A stretch of 64,000 bases of DNA, taken from IMG/VR virus record IMGVR_UViG_3300025789_001072, positions 32,001-96,000 of that record. One strand, 5' to 3'. The stretch is from a virus. Below, one piece after another: positions 1 to 8,866 of the stretch. Each line of letters begins with the position of its first letter. The first letter of the stretch is position 1. The position numbers were made by a program, and so were the translations under genes. The notes beneath the pieces are model-generated. The model did no database searches and was not told where the DNA came from. It worked only from the letters and a program-made list of their open reading frames with translations.

Positions 1-73
1 CGGTTAACATACCGTATGCAAAGTAATAGATTGGCTGACCGCCAGCTTCTAGGATTATCTCATTCATTTTCAT
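1..73 (-). CDS. 5' part of a gamma-glutamylcyclotransferase-like protein (runs off the window start)
   Basis: Hand translation MKMNEIILEAGGQPIYYFAYGMLT; YFAYG is the GGCT-family N-terminal motif; TAAATA lies 7 nt upstream of the ATG. Confidence 0.5.
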   Translation of the reverse strand, partial: MKMNEIILEAGGQPIYYFAYGMLT

Positions 74-92
74 GCTCTGATATTTAGGGGTT

Positions 93-169
93 TGGCGATC
101 TCGGCAGGATTCGAACCTGCAACCTAAAGAGTAGAAATCTTTTGCACTGTCCAGTTGTGCTACGAGACC
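93..169 (-). tRNA. tRNA-Arg(TCT)
   Basis: GGTCTCG acceptor stem, anticodon arm AAAGA-TTTCTAC-TCTTT, T loop TTCGAAT, encoded CCA. Confidence 0.95.
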
Positions 170-172
170 ACA

Positions 173-553
173 TTACAATTCAAATATATCACGCAGTGCT
201 GCTTCTGTCAACTCACTTGTGAGAAAAGTATGGTCGCACTTATATGATGGACTATCGCTTAAGCGACGTGGTGCCTTGTTATGCACAATACGAACGCTCA
301 CATCATGCTGAACACGATCAACCGCATGTTGGTGGCTCTGATGCAGCACCATAGCAAGTGGTCTGGCAAATCTATAAATCTTAGAAAGACTTTCAGCACG
401 GCTAACAACATAGGCGCTATATCCTACCGCATGTTGCTTATTATTGTATGGACTCTCAGCAATTATTTCGGCTTCACTTATGACTTTAACTTGCGGCAAC
501 TTAGCCAACAATTCTACACAGTCATAATCTTCAACTAGAAATAATACTTTCAT
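173..553 (-). CDS. hypothetical protein
   Basis: 126-aa ORF filling the space between two tRNAs; no motif recognised. Confidence 0.6.
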   Translation of the reverse strand: MKVLFLVEDYDCVELLAKLPQVKVISEAEIIAESPYNNKQHAVGYSAYVVSRAESLSKIYRFARPLAMVLHQSHQHAVDRVQHDVSVRIVHNKAPRRLSDSPSYKCDHTFLTSELTEAALRDIFEL

Positions 554-576
554 GCCGTTTCCAAAAAAAAAAATAA

Positions 577-664
577 TGGCGGAGCGTAGAGGAATCGAAC
601 CTCTTCAACCCGTTAAGGTTGTACGGTTTAGCAAACCGCTGCATTACCAGCCTGCCCACGCTCC
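577..664 (-). tRNA. tRNA-Ser(GCT)
   Basis: GGAGCGT/ACGCTCC acceptor, anticodon arm GCGGT-TTGCTAA-ACCGT, long variable arm, encoded CCA. Confidence 0.95.
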
Positions 665-1359
665 ATTATATTAAATATAGCATCTTTTCCCCATACTGTC
701 AATTTATTTTTAAATTGTTTCCACTTGCAACGGTCAAGTTCTGTCTCATAACCCTTGACTTCAAGATAACCACCTAATTCTTCAACATAAAAATCAGGAG
801 TATAATGACTCAATGTTCCTTTTAAATTGATATAAGGAAATCTTTCAGTATTTCTACGCCAATTCCATCCTTGTTTATCCATATATTTTGCGGAAATTAG
901 TTCCCACGAGCCATCCAATAAAACTTCACCAGCAATAGGAGATACATATTTAATTTTTTTGCATCTTCCTGCTTTTGGCATCCATCCGTCTTCGTATCTT
1001 TTAATAATTATTTCACGGTGTCTATCTCTAAATTTTTGTTGTTTTTCTTCTGTTAAATTATTCCAAAATAATTTACCTAGATTTGCACTTCGCAACTTTT
1101 CTTTTTGAATTATTGCGCCTTGTTCACCAAATATTTCATTATATTTTTTTCCTTTAAGACTTGTGCCTTTTGAAGAACCTTTTGGGTGTCCATTTTTCCA
1201 ATAATTATTGCCTAATTCTTTTCTTAATTTTTTTATTTTAGAACGATTTAGTTCCTTCATTCCATTACAGGAACTAGTAGATTCACTACAACAATTTTTT
1301 CCATTTTTTAATTTATATTTTGCTTCTGTCCCACAACCATAATCACATAAGTTTGTCAT
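628..1359 (-). CDS. putative free-standing homing endonuclease, PD-(D/E)xK type with N-terminal Cys cluster
   Basis: CDYGCG...CC...C N-terminus, basic linker, C-terminal YTPDF...YLEVKG motif; located inside the tRNA cluster. Confidence 0.7.
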   Translation of the reverse strand: MTNLCDYGCGTEAKYKLKNGKNCCSESTSSCNGMKELNRSKIKKLRKELGNNYWKNGHPKGSSKGTSLKGKKYNEIFGEQGAIIQKEKLRSANLGKLFWNNLTEEKQQKFRDRHREIIIKRYEDGWMPKAGRCKKIKYVSPIAGEVLLDGSWELISAKYMDKQGWNWRRNTERFPYINLKGTLSHYTPDFYVEELGGYLEVKGYETELDRCKWKQFKNKLTVWGKDAIFNIMERGQAGNAAVC

Positions 1360-1407
1360 ATAACTATTTATACAAAATAATTAAAAAGGTGCTTTTAACC
1401 TCTGAGA

Positions 1408-1481
1408 TGGTAGGCAATGACAGAATCGAACTGCCGTAGCCGCTGTGTAAAAGCGGAGTTTTACCATTAAACTAATCGCCC
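1408..1481 (-). tRNA. tRNA-Val(TAC)
   Basis: anticodon arm CCGCT-TTTACAC-AGCGG, T loop TTCGATT, encoded CCA. Confidence 0.95.
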
Positions 1482-1496
1482 ACTTCTTATATTACT

Positions 1497-1525
1497 AATA
1501 TACTTATATTATTCAATTTTGTCAA
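1497..1525 (-). promoter_or_regulatory. sigma70-type promoter for the tRNA cluster
   Basis: TTGACA-N17-TATATT just upstream of tRNA-Val. Confidence 0.75.
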
Positions 1526-1528
1526 GCA

Positions 1529-2353
1529 TTATTTTGTAAAACATGCATTTATTTTTGGTAGAATTAAATTAAACCAATCTACATGCGCCGCTTCACTTGG
1601 GTGACTGCCGCATAGCGGATAATTATTTTTCTGTGACCAATTATTAAAGGCGTGTTCTTTATACCAGTTATTCCAATTGACAGTTTCCCATAAACCACTG
1701 TCATTTACTACTTCTGGTAAGGGATTTAATATTTCATCGCTTGCCAAACAAAAGAAATACGGTATATTCTTAGACTGCAAATAAAACTGTAACAAATTTA
1801 TTTCTTTAAGCAAATTAAATTGATGATAATGATAATCACCTGTTACTTTATAAAAATAATTTGCAGCATCAGTGATACCAAGTTCAGTCATCTTGTCATG
1901 CTGTTGTTTAAAAAATTCATGTCTTTCTGGATGCAAATCATCTTTAAAAAATGACATTTTCTCTTTAAATGTTAAACCATGCCATGCATTAAGATTAATC
2001 CAATAATTGTCAATATCAAATCTGGCTGCTACCACTGGATCATTGTTGATATCAATAAATGGTTTTTCTTTTCGTAATCTTATTTCACTACGATGTGTGT
2101 ATGTCCACATAACTGCCACATATATCTCGTCATGAATTTTAGATTGTTTTGCAACTTCTGCGATTACACGACGAGATATACTGTTATTTCCGCTGCCTGG
2201 TTTGGCAACACAATTATAGTCCATATTATAGTGTTGCGATATTTTTGCAGACCATGTTAATTGACTTGGTATGTTTTTCTCATAGTCAAGATACTGGTCA
2301 GGCAGTTCACTGCCCCATGTAAAACTATCGCCACCACTAATCAATATGGGCAT
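1529..2353 (-). CDS. SGNH/GDSL hydrolase-like protein
   Basis: GDSFTWG block I, GSGN block II, C-terminal HP motif. Confidence 0.65.
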   Translation of the reverse strand: MPILISGGDSFTWGSELPDQYLDYEKNIPSQLTWSAKISQHYNMDYNCVAKPGSGNNSISRRVIAEVAKQSKIHDEIYVAVMWTYTHRSEIRLRKEKPFIDINNDPVVAARFDIDNYWINLNAWHGLTFKEKMSFFKDDLHPERHEFFKQQHDKMTELGITDAANYFYKVTGDYHYHQFNLLKEINLLQFYLQSKNIPYFFCLASDEILNPLPEVVNDSGLWETVNWNNWYKEHAFNNWSQKNNYPLCGSHPSEAAHVDWFNLILPKINACFTK

Positions 2354-2967
2354 TAAGCACCCAATACTGACTTGGCTTTGTTATAAAGTTCAGTACGTTC
2401 TTCTAGCCCAATATTTCCACCATTGATGATCTTAGTTGTTTTTACAACATCATCTGCATCAGCAGTTTCATTGCAGCCATTTTCTTGAAAGAACCATGCA
2501 GCCGAACGAGCAGCGCCTTCTGGAGTTGCGAGATAATCGCTATCACTCGTTAGGTCTTTGTTAAGTGCCTTGCCACAGTTATCATAGTTTGACTTACCAG
2601 TTAATTGGATGAGTCCACGACCACGATAACGATAGCCATCACCGCTTGCTTCATCGCCATTGCCCATGCGTGATGCATAAACACGGTTAGCAATCTTTTC
2701 TGGTTGCTTTGCAAAGTCATCTGGATTTACATCACGGAAATACTTTGGAAATACCTTTGTTAAAGTTTCTGCCTTGTAGTTAAGGTTTTCACTTACGGCA
2801 CTAAACATGCCACTTTCATGTCCACACTGTGCAAGAAACATTGCTTCACGAGCAAGAGTGTTGATTTCAAACTCATTCATTGCTTCGTTAAGTGGATCAC
2901 AGAACTTGTCTAGGTTTTCTTCTTTTGCGCCGTGAAAGATTTCTTTTAATTGGTCAATAGTTGCCAT
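2353..2967 (-). CDS. glycoside hydrolase family 19 endolysin
   Basis: FLAQCGHES, ENLNY, YRGRGLIQLTG and TKIINGG motifs. Confidence 0.92.
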   Translation of the reverse strand: MATIDQLKEIFHGAKEENLDKFCDPLNEAMNEFEINTLAREAMFLAQCGHESGMFSAVSENLNYKAETLTKVFPKYFRDVNPDDFAKQPEKIANRVYASRMGNGDEASGDGYRYRGRGLIQLTGKSNYDNCGKALNKDLTSDSDYLATPEGAARSAAWFFQENGCNETADADDVVKTTKIINGGNIGLEERTELYNKAKSVLGA

Positions 2968-3029
2968 TTTAATTTCCTTTAGGGGTTATACACTATTTAC
3001 CATTCCCAATATGTCACCTAAATAACTAC

Positions 3030-3914
3030 ATGTGTATCATAGTGGCCAAGTATTTTGAAGGAACTGGTTGGGTCGGAGTAAAGAACCGAGATAGAAACTA
3101 TGTTCCTGATTTAAGTTTTATTAAAGTTAAAAATAATAATACCGAAACTTTATACTTTCATGATGATATTACAAAATATGTAGAAGGTATGAATGATAGT
3201 GGTATTTGTATTTTATCAGCATCGTTGATGGTGCTTGATGATGAAAAAGAAATCACTGTTCGCACTAAAACACCATCGAAAGATGGTGTAAAGATTAAGA
3301 AAGCACTTAAACTTACTGATATTAAAGCAGTTTGCATGAGTTTAATTAAACAAAAATTACCAGGCTGCACACTTATATTCAATCAAGAAGATTGCTATCT
3401 ACTTGAAGGTGCTTGGGCACCTGGTGGTTATGAAGATAAAGATTACAAATATAAGATTGAAAAGATTGAACACAATGAAACCGTTGCAAGAACTAATCAT
3501 GGTGTATGGTTAAAGTGGGCTGGCTATCAATATGGTGCGGACGATAACGAAAGCATGAGTGCTATTAGTAGTCGCAGTCGTTTGTTAATTGCGCAGCATG
3601 TTGTTGATAGCGCAGAAACACCTGCACAACTTATTGATTGGTTGACCAAAAAGTATGTTGATAATTGGCAGTTAAATGCCATGCGTTTAGCAGATGAAAA
3701 AAAGATGATGCGCACAACTGCACAACTTATGTTAGTGCCAAAAGATTTAACAATGTTTGTGCGTCCTATTCAAAGCAATATTAAGTTTAACTTTTGGAAA
3801 CTTAATGGCGCTAAGGATAATAAGATGTGGGTTGAATTGCTTACCAATCGTGTGCTACGCACTGGCGAAGATGATCCTGCTATTCCAACTAATCTTTCAC
3901 ATATTGAAGATTAA
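3030..3914 (+). CDS. N-terminal nucleophile (Ntn) hydrolase-like protein
   Basis: Cys2 after Met, KNRD, EGMNDSG and RTNH motifs, typical of C45/C59-type Ntn hydrolases. Confidence 0.65.
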   Translation: MCIIVAKYFEGTGWVGVKNRDRNYVPDLSFIKVKNNNTETLYFHDDITKYVEGMNDSGICILSASLMVLDDEKEITVRTKTPSKDGVKIKKALKLTDIKAVCMSLIKQKLPGCTLIFNQEDCYLLEGAWAPGGYEDKDYKYKIEKIEHNETVARTNHGVWLKWAGYQYGADDNESMSAISSRSRLLIAQHVVDSAETPAQLIDWLTKKYVDNWQLNAMRLADEKKMMRTTAQLMLVPKDLTMFVRPIQSNIKFNFWKLNGAKDNKMWVELLTNRVLRTGEDDPAIPTNLSHIED

Positions 3915-4162
3915 ACTGGATGATGGGCTAAACCCCAATCATTGTTTACCCAACGCAAACTAAACAGCATGGCATCTTCACTACAGTAAAATCGCCACTG
4001 ACTAGTCCAACCAAAATCGTCATTAACATATGGCCATTTTTCTACTTGAAATTTAATGTCATTTGACTCACACCATTTATGCATCTGATCAATCCACCAC
4101 TCTTTTCCATAATAGTGGGCGGCAGGTAGCGTGATATCAATTTTATAAATTTCGTCTATCAT
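3911..4162 (-). CDS. hypothetical protein
   Basis: 83-aa ORF with a DAMLFSLRW C-terminal motif, common in small phage proteins. Confidence 0.6.
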   Translation of the reverse strand: MIDEIYKIDITLPAAHYYGKEWWIDQMHKWCESNDIKFQVEKWPYVNDDFGWTSQWRFYCSEDAMLFSLRWVNNDWGLAHHPV

Positions 4163-4178
4163 GATTACTTTTTAAGTT

Positions 4179-4311
4179 TGGTGCGCTCTACCAGAATCGA
4201 ACTGGTACGCCGAAGCGAGAGATTTTACGGCGGAGATTCTGGATTTGAACCATAATGGGCGTTTACCCTTTCTCCGAAGTCTCTTGTGTCTACCTATTCC
4301 ACCAAGAGCGC
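4179..4311 (-). tRNA. tRNA-Leu(TAA) interrupted by a 50-nt insertion (4228-4277) in the anticodon loop
   Basis: Removing 4228-4277 gives a canonical 83-nt tRNA-Leu: GCGCTCT/AGAGCGC acceptor, AGAGA-CTTAAAA-TCTCT anticodon arm, variable hairpin, TTCGATT T loop, ACCA end. Confidence 0.9.
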
Positions 4312-4318
4312 ATTAGCC

Positions 4319-4606
4319 TTATTTTACACTTATACTATGTATGCTGTCAAGACGAAACGAACGCCATTCTTTAATATCGGTCACAAAAACTGCCAACGAT
4401 TTATCACTGACCTTGCGCTTTGGCATTTCAGTATCTTCGCTTTCTACGATAGGAGGCAACATCTCAGGATTAAGAGTGCAAGGCATCGTGCGTAGATCAC
4501 CATTGACTTTAGTAAAGGTTACTTCACAAATACCTTCATGCAACATACTACGCAGCATATCAATGCTTGGTTGAACATCCGCATTAAATTCAATATATGT
4601 TGGCAT
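4319..4606 (-). CDS. WYL_2/Sm-like SH3-fold protein
   Basis: VTFTKVNGDLRTMPCTL and WRSFR motifs typical of this T4-like phage family. Confidence 0.75.
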   Translation of the reverse strand: MPTYIEFNADVQPSIDMLRSMLHEGICEVTFTKVNGDLRTMPCTLNPEMLPPIVESEDTEMPKRKVSDKSLAVFVTDIKEWRSFRLDSIHSISVK

Positions 4607-4624
4607 CTATACTCTTTCAAAAAA

Positions 4625-4700
4625 TGGTGGGCAGTGAGGGACTCAAACCCCCGATCAAATTCTTATGAGGAACCGGCTTTAGTCGCTAAGCTAACCGCCC
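4625..4700 (-). tRNA. tRNA with CAT anticodon (Ile2 or elongator Met)
   Basis: GGGCGGT/ACTGCCC acceptor, anticodon arm GGTTC-CTCATAA-GAATT, ACCA end; atypical D and T loops. Confidence 0.85.
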
Positions 4701-4711
4701 ATTGTTATAAT

Positions 4712-4936
4712 TTATACTGTTTTGTTTAACCTGTCAATAAAAAGTTTCTTCAACGCTTTCTCAAAACCTTCCGAATTTCCTTCAACACGAGCCAAGAACA
4801 ATTCGTAAACAAGTGGGTCATGACTTGGTGGTGTAAAAACAAGATTGCGTGATTTCATCTCTTCAATGAGTTCATCATCATCAAAATCACTGATATCATA
4901 TTCTACTTCTACTTCTGTGTAATGTGTTCGTGCCAT
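4712..4936 (-). CDS. hypothetical protein
   Basis: 74-aa acidic ORF in the operon. Confidence 0.6.
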   Translation of the reverse strand: MARTHYTEVEVEYDISDFDDDELIEEMKSRNLVFTPPSHDPLVYELFLARVEGNSEGFEKALKKLFIDRLNKTV

Positions 4937-4938
4937 TT

Positions 4939-5382
4939 TTATTCTTCCATTTCAAAAAGGTTATTGCCAAATTCTTCTGGTTCACCAAAAAGATAATTGT
5001 ATTCTAGACTATCAGCGCATACAATATTTTGCTCAACAACATATCGCAAATCTTCACGCCCACACAATAAACGATCTTGACATAATTTAACATTGTCTGC
5101 CATAATGTCAACACCATAAATCGTAGATAGTGCAGTTTCAAATGAAATGCCGCTTTCAAGTTTGCAAATTAATACTTCACTTAAGAACTGCCCATCACCA
5201 CATGCAGGATCACAGAATATTTTAGTCGGATCACTGAATAATTCTTGTGGTAACTTGTCTAATACTTCTTGCACAAGTTCAGTAGGTGTAAACACTTCAC
5301 CTGTTGCTTTCACTCGCAACTTGTCACGTTCTACGCCACTCATATATTCACGATTACGAAGATGATTAATTATCTTTTGCAT
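4939..5382 (-). CDS. short N6-adenine DNA methyltransferase-like protein (AdoMet-binding half only)
   Basis: GEVFTP (motif X), DPACGDGQF (motif I), YGVDI, ADSL; no NPPY/F motif IV. Confidence 0.75.
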   Translation of the reverse strand: MQKIINHLRNREYMSGVERDKLRVKATGEVFTPTELVQEVLDKLPQELFSDPTKIFCDPACGDGQFLSEVLICKLESGISFETALSTIYGVDIMADNVKLCQDRLLCGREDLRYVVEQNIVCADSLEYNYLFGEPEEFGNNLFEMEE

Positions 5383-6592
5383 TGAACCCATCTACGAATT
5401 TCTTTTCATCATCAGTAAGTCCAAAGTAATTGTATACTTCATCATCGTTGTATACATGGTTCAGCGGTGGCAGCGCAAAGTTTCTGATTACTTCTTTATT
5501 ATTAAACCCACTCCACTTATTACATGCCATGATAAAGTGAAATAGTTTACTGTTAATAACGCTATGTGCACTATCAACTGTTTCACCATCTTTTACAATA
5601 TATGCCAGACACATATCAGTAAATCCCATAGTTCCGTAATCTGGCTTTGGTTGATACTTGCCACTAAGACTAATCATGACTTTATGATCATTTAGATTAG
5701 GATGCGGAACATTAGTATACCAATAACGTTCGCCCTTGGCTGGCGTATGATATACAGGATAGGTAAACATGTTATCTTGTGTTTCACTATACTTGATAAT
5801 ATTTTTACTCTGCAATTGTCCAGCAATAACTTTGCCTGTTATCTTTGCTGAGTATTTTAAATTAATGCTATATGCAAGCGCATTATTAATGGTAGGCAAA
5901 CTATCATACTGACGAAGATCAACAGTAATCTGTGTACCATCATTAAGTTCAACGAGCGTAGAGCCACCATATGGCGCATGCTGCACAATATAATAACTAA
6001 ATGTGCTTCCAACACCTGCAAAGTGTTTTCCAAGACTGTTGCTAAGATTGATATATGTTGTATTGTTCTTCGCAAGAACATCCTTGAGAAGATATCGTCC
6101 GCCGCTTAAATTCTTGGTTGGTCCTGCCCAACTTGCAGGCGTAATCATTGCAAGATATCCGCCATCGACAAGTAATTCGTTAACACTCTTGTCAACGAAT
6201 TTACTCCAAAGATTGGTGCTTAGGCTTTTACGATTGCCATTGCTATCGCTTTCGCCAAATGGTGGATTGCCGACAATTACGTCAAACTTCATAGTAACAT
6301 CCTGCTTCAAGAAATCATTATACGACATCTTATTGAAATTTCCAATAAGTTTATTCATGTTCACGGCAAGATTAACTAATGCCTTGTTATATTCAACCCC
6401 ATAAACACGGCCCTGAATGTTCTCATCATTATGACCTGCTTCACGCAACCGACGAATAATTTCAATTAAAAATTGTCCACCACCCATTACTGGATCAAGA
6501 AAAGTTGTAGTTGTGCTAGTCCACACATGTGGTGGCAAGCCGTCAAGCATTTGACTGACAAGAGCAGTGATTGGTTTAATACGAGCAAGCAT
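5366..6592 (-). CDS. Eco57I/type IIG-like N6-adenine DNA methyltransferase
   Basis: FLDPVMGGGQF, YGVE, FDVIVGNPPF and MITPASW motifs plus a C-terminal target-recognition-like region. Confidence 0.85.
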   Translation of the reverse strand: MLARIKPITALVSQMLDGLPPHVWTSTTTTFLDPVMGGGQFLIEIIRRLREAGHNDENIQGRVYGVEYNKALVNLAVNMNKLIGNFNKMSYNDFLKQDVTMKFDVIVGNPPFGESDSNGNRKSLSTNLWSKFVDKSVNELLVDGGYLAMITPASWAGPTKNLSGGRYLLKDVLAKNNTTYINLSNSLGKHFAGVGSTFSYYIVQHAPYGGSTLVELNDGTQITVDLRQYDSLPTINNALAYSINLKYSAKITGKVIAGQLQSKNIIKYSETQDNMFTYPVYHTPAKGERYWYTNVPHPNLNDHKVMISLSGKYQPKPDYGTMGFTDMCLAYIVKDGETVDSAHSVINSKLFHFIMACNKWSGFNNKEVIRNFALPPLNHVYNDDEVYNYFGLTDDEKKFVDGFNAKDN

Positions 6593-8865
6593 TATGCACC
6601 TATTAGTTTAATGACTTTGGCAGATTTCTGTAAACTTGCCAAATCATAATTCAAGATACCACGGTCGAAAAACTCAAGAATCTTCTGTGGCGTTGCACTA
6701 AATTCCTGCGTGACATACGCATGATATTCACTATCGTCAATACAAGCCTTTAGACTATCACGTATTGTAACCTGATTTGTCATAAATGTCAAGTAGGGAA
6801 GATGCTCAACGATGGTAGTAAGAACCTTACGAGCCTTATCAACCGCATCTAGATTAGCATCACGTTCGTTATTATTATTTTGCTGCTTACTGGATGAAGA
6901 TTCACCGTAAGTTTTACCACGTTCAGCAATTTGAGTTTCTTCGAGATTATCATAAGCAATATTGCCGTTAGCAAGAGCAATGATTTCTGTCAGGCTCATC
7001 TTAGTCAGATCAGCTTGTTTGCCAACCATACGACTTAACGTGTCACGGTTAAGTAGCTGCTGCAAATAATCATCTGGATTTATCTTAACCGCACCATCAG
7101 GCGTTGCTGAAAAGATATCAATCGTAGCAATAACCTTACGTTGTGCATCAACTATTTCAATACCATCACGCTTGGCAATATTCTGTGCAGCGGCAACCAA
7201 CATTGTATCAAATTTATCATCACGATTTGGATCAAATGACAAACTAAAAATACGTCCAATCTTGCCAGCATCTAGAGGAGTAAGAGCACGACTGATCTTT
7301 TGTGTAGTAGCGCCAGCATCACCTTCATCATAGCATAAAAATAGATTAGTAATTTCACCAATGCTGTAACTACGCTGAGCCATACCACGGCTAAGAATAA
7401 GAACAGGTGTGTTTGACTCCTTTGCTTTGGCAACTACTTCCTTTGTAATTTCTTCGGCATTCTCATTCTTAATCTTGATACCATTATAGGTGCCAGCGCC
7501 ACTAATCTCTAAAATTATCCAACCTTTTAACGCTGATTGCGTGTATGCAACAACATCCTTAAGGTCTTTATTTCGCATACCGCCTGGCAGAAACATCATT
7601 GATGCTTGAAAGCTGTCACTGACATTTGTTTGATATGAAATGTTAAGTTCATCAAGATTATTCTTACCAAGAAACATAGCCTCAAGCATACGAACCCAGA
7701 AACCTTTTGCACGAGAAGGTTTCTTAGAAAATTTAGTCCAACTTGGCAAATTATCCTTATCAATCATAACCGTTGGATCAAGGCGACATGCTTGAGCAAG
7801 AGCATTATTGATATCAAGCTGATAGAACTGTGTATCAACCACCTTATCAACACGACTATAATCAATATCAAAGTTCTTTAACGTATTGCTATGATAGACG
7901 CTGCCACCGTTTAATACTTCTTTTTTAATAATAAGAAGTTCTGGATATACAACAGAAAGATAGTGGTCAATTTTCCAATTGCCGCATGCACGATCACCAT
8001 TAGTACCAGTCATTAGCACAACATGATCATTAGATTTTACTGCAGCAATAAATGGCTCTGTTTGATTTTTAGTATGTGCGCCAAAGTCTGCTTCATCAAT
8101 AAAAAGCAACCGTGGTTGTTCAAGATTAAACAAATAATCAATACGATCTTGCCGCAACGAACCGCCGACCATGCTAAGCAATACAATAACTTGCTGATCG
8201 TTGTCAAGAGCAGTTTGAACATCTGCTTGATATGTTGCACTGGATGCTTCGACCACTACCATATTACGAAATTGTTCATACTTTGCTAATTCATTTTTAA
8301 AACTAGCAAATGATGTAAGAACATAACTGGCAATAATAGTTAATCGTGAATTAAGTTCGTGAGCAAGAGCCGCTGCCCAAATTGTTTTACCAAAGCGAGC
8401 ACACAATTCTGCTAATGTAATCTGTTTGTTTTCGCCAATTGTAGCAATAACATTTTCAGCCGCTGCATATTGCCAAGGACTAAGACCAACTTTAGAACGT
8501 TCTATGCCCCATGAATTAATATATTGGTTAATGCGAAGCATTGCGGTTTCAAAGTGAACTGCATGATGCTCATCTTGTGGATCAACACGATATCCGATAG
8601 CAGGACGAATATAATCATCCATCTTTGCCTTTGCATAATTACGGTTAACTGCAGTTGCAATTTCAGTTACATCCCAGAAGCCATCAATAACAACCTTGCC
8701 GTTATCATAGTCACGCTTGTTAACACCAAGACTTTGGCGAACACGATTAATAACCGCAGTTTCAATGTCTTCGCCTGTTAATACAAATGTTTGTCCAAAT
8801 TTAACCTCATTTGGATTATTGATAAAATGATGCAAATATACAACCATGCTACCTTCGGTATTCAT
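6592..8865 (-). CDS. SF2 (ResIII-like) helicase with N-terminal GIY-YIG/T5orf172-like region
   Basis: Walker A-like ARFGKT, FIDEADFG, MTGT and QKISRA motifs; N-terminal VVY...VKFGQT. Confidence 0.75.
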   Translation of the reverse strand: MNTEGSMVVYLHHFINNPNEVKFGQTFVLTGEDIETAVINRVRQSLGVNKRDYDNGKVVIDGFWDVTEIATAVNRNYAKAKMDDYIRPAIGYRVDPQDEHHAVHFETAMLRINQYINSWGIERSKVGLSPWQYAAAENVIATIGENKQITLAELCARFGKTIWAAALAHELNSRLTIIASYVLTSFASFKNELAKYEQFRNMVVVEASSATYQADVQTALDNDQQVIVLLSMVGGSLRQDRIDYLFNLEQPRLLFIDEADFGAHTKNQTEPFIAAVKSNDHVVLMTGTNGDRACGNWKIDHYLSVVYPELLIIKKEVLNGGSVYHSNTLKNFDIDYSRVDKVVDTQFYQLDINNALAQACRLDPTVMIDKDNLPSWTKFSKKPSRAKGFWVRMLEAMFLGKNNLDELNISYQTNVSDSFQASMMFLPGGMRNKDLKDVVAYTQSALKGWIILEISGAGTYNGIKIKNENAEEITKEVVAKAKESNTPVLILSRGMAQRSYSIGEITNLFLCYDEGDAGATTQKISRALTPLDAGKIGRIFSLSFDPNRDDKFDTMLVAAAQNIAKRDGIEIVDAQRKVIATIDIFSATPDGAVKINPDDYLQQLLNRDTLSRMVGKQADLTKMSLTEIIALANGNIAYDNLEETQIAERGKTYGESSSSKQQNNNNERDANLDAVDKARKVLTTIVEHLPYLTFMTNQVTIRDSLKACIDDSEYHAYVTQEFSATPQKILEFFDRGILNYDLASLQKSAKVIKLIGA

Positions 8866-8866
8866 A

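Noticed and set aside
563-573. A11 homopolymer as a phase-variation tract
   Set aside because: Intergenic U-tract just downstream of tRNA-Ser; its length may be a sequencing artefact
4228-4277. Group I intron call for the tRNA-Leu insert
   Set aside because: Only 50 nt, with no room for a P3-P9 catalytic core
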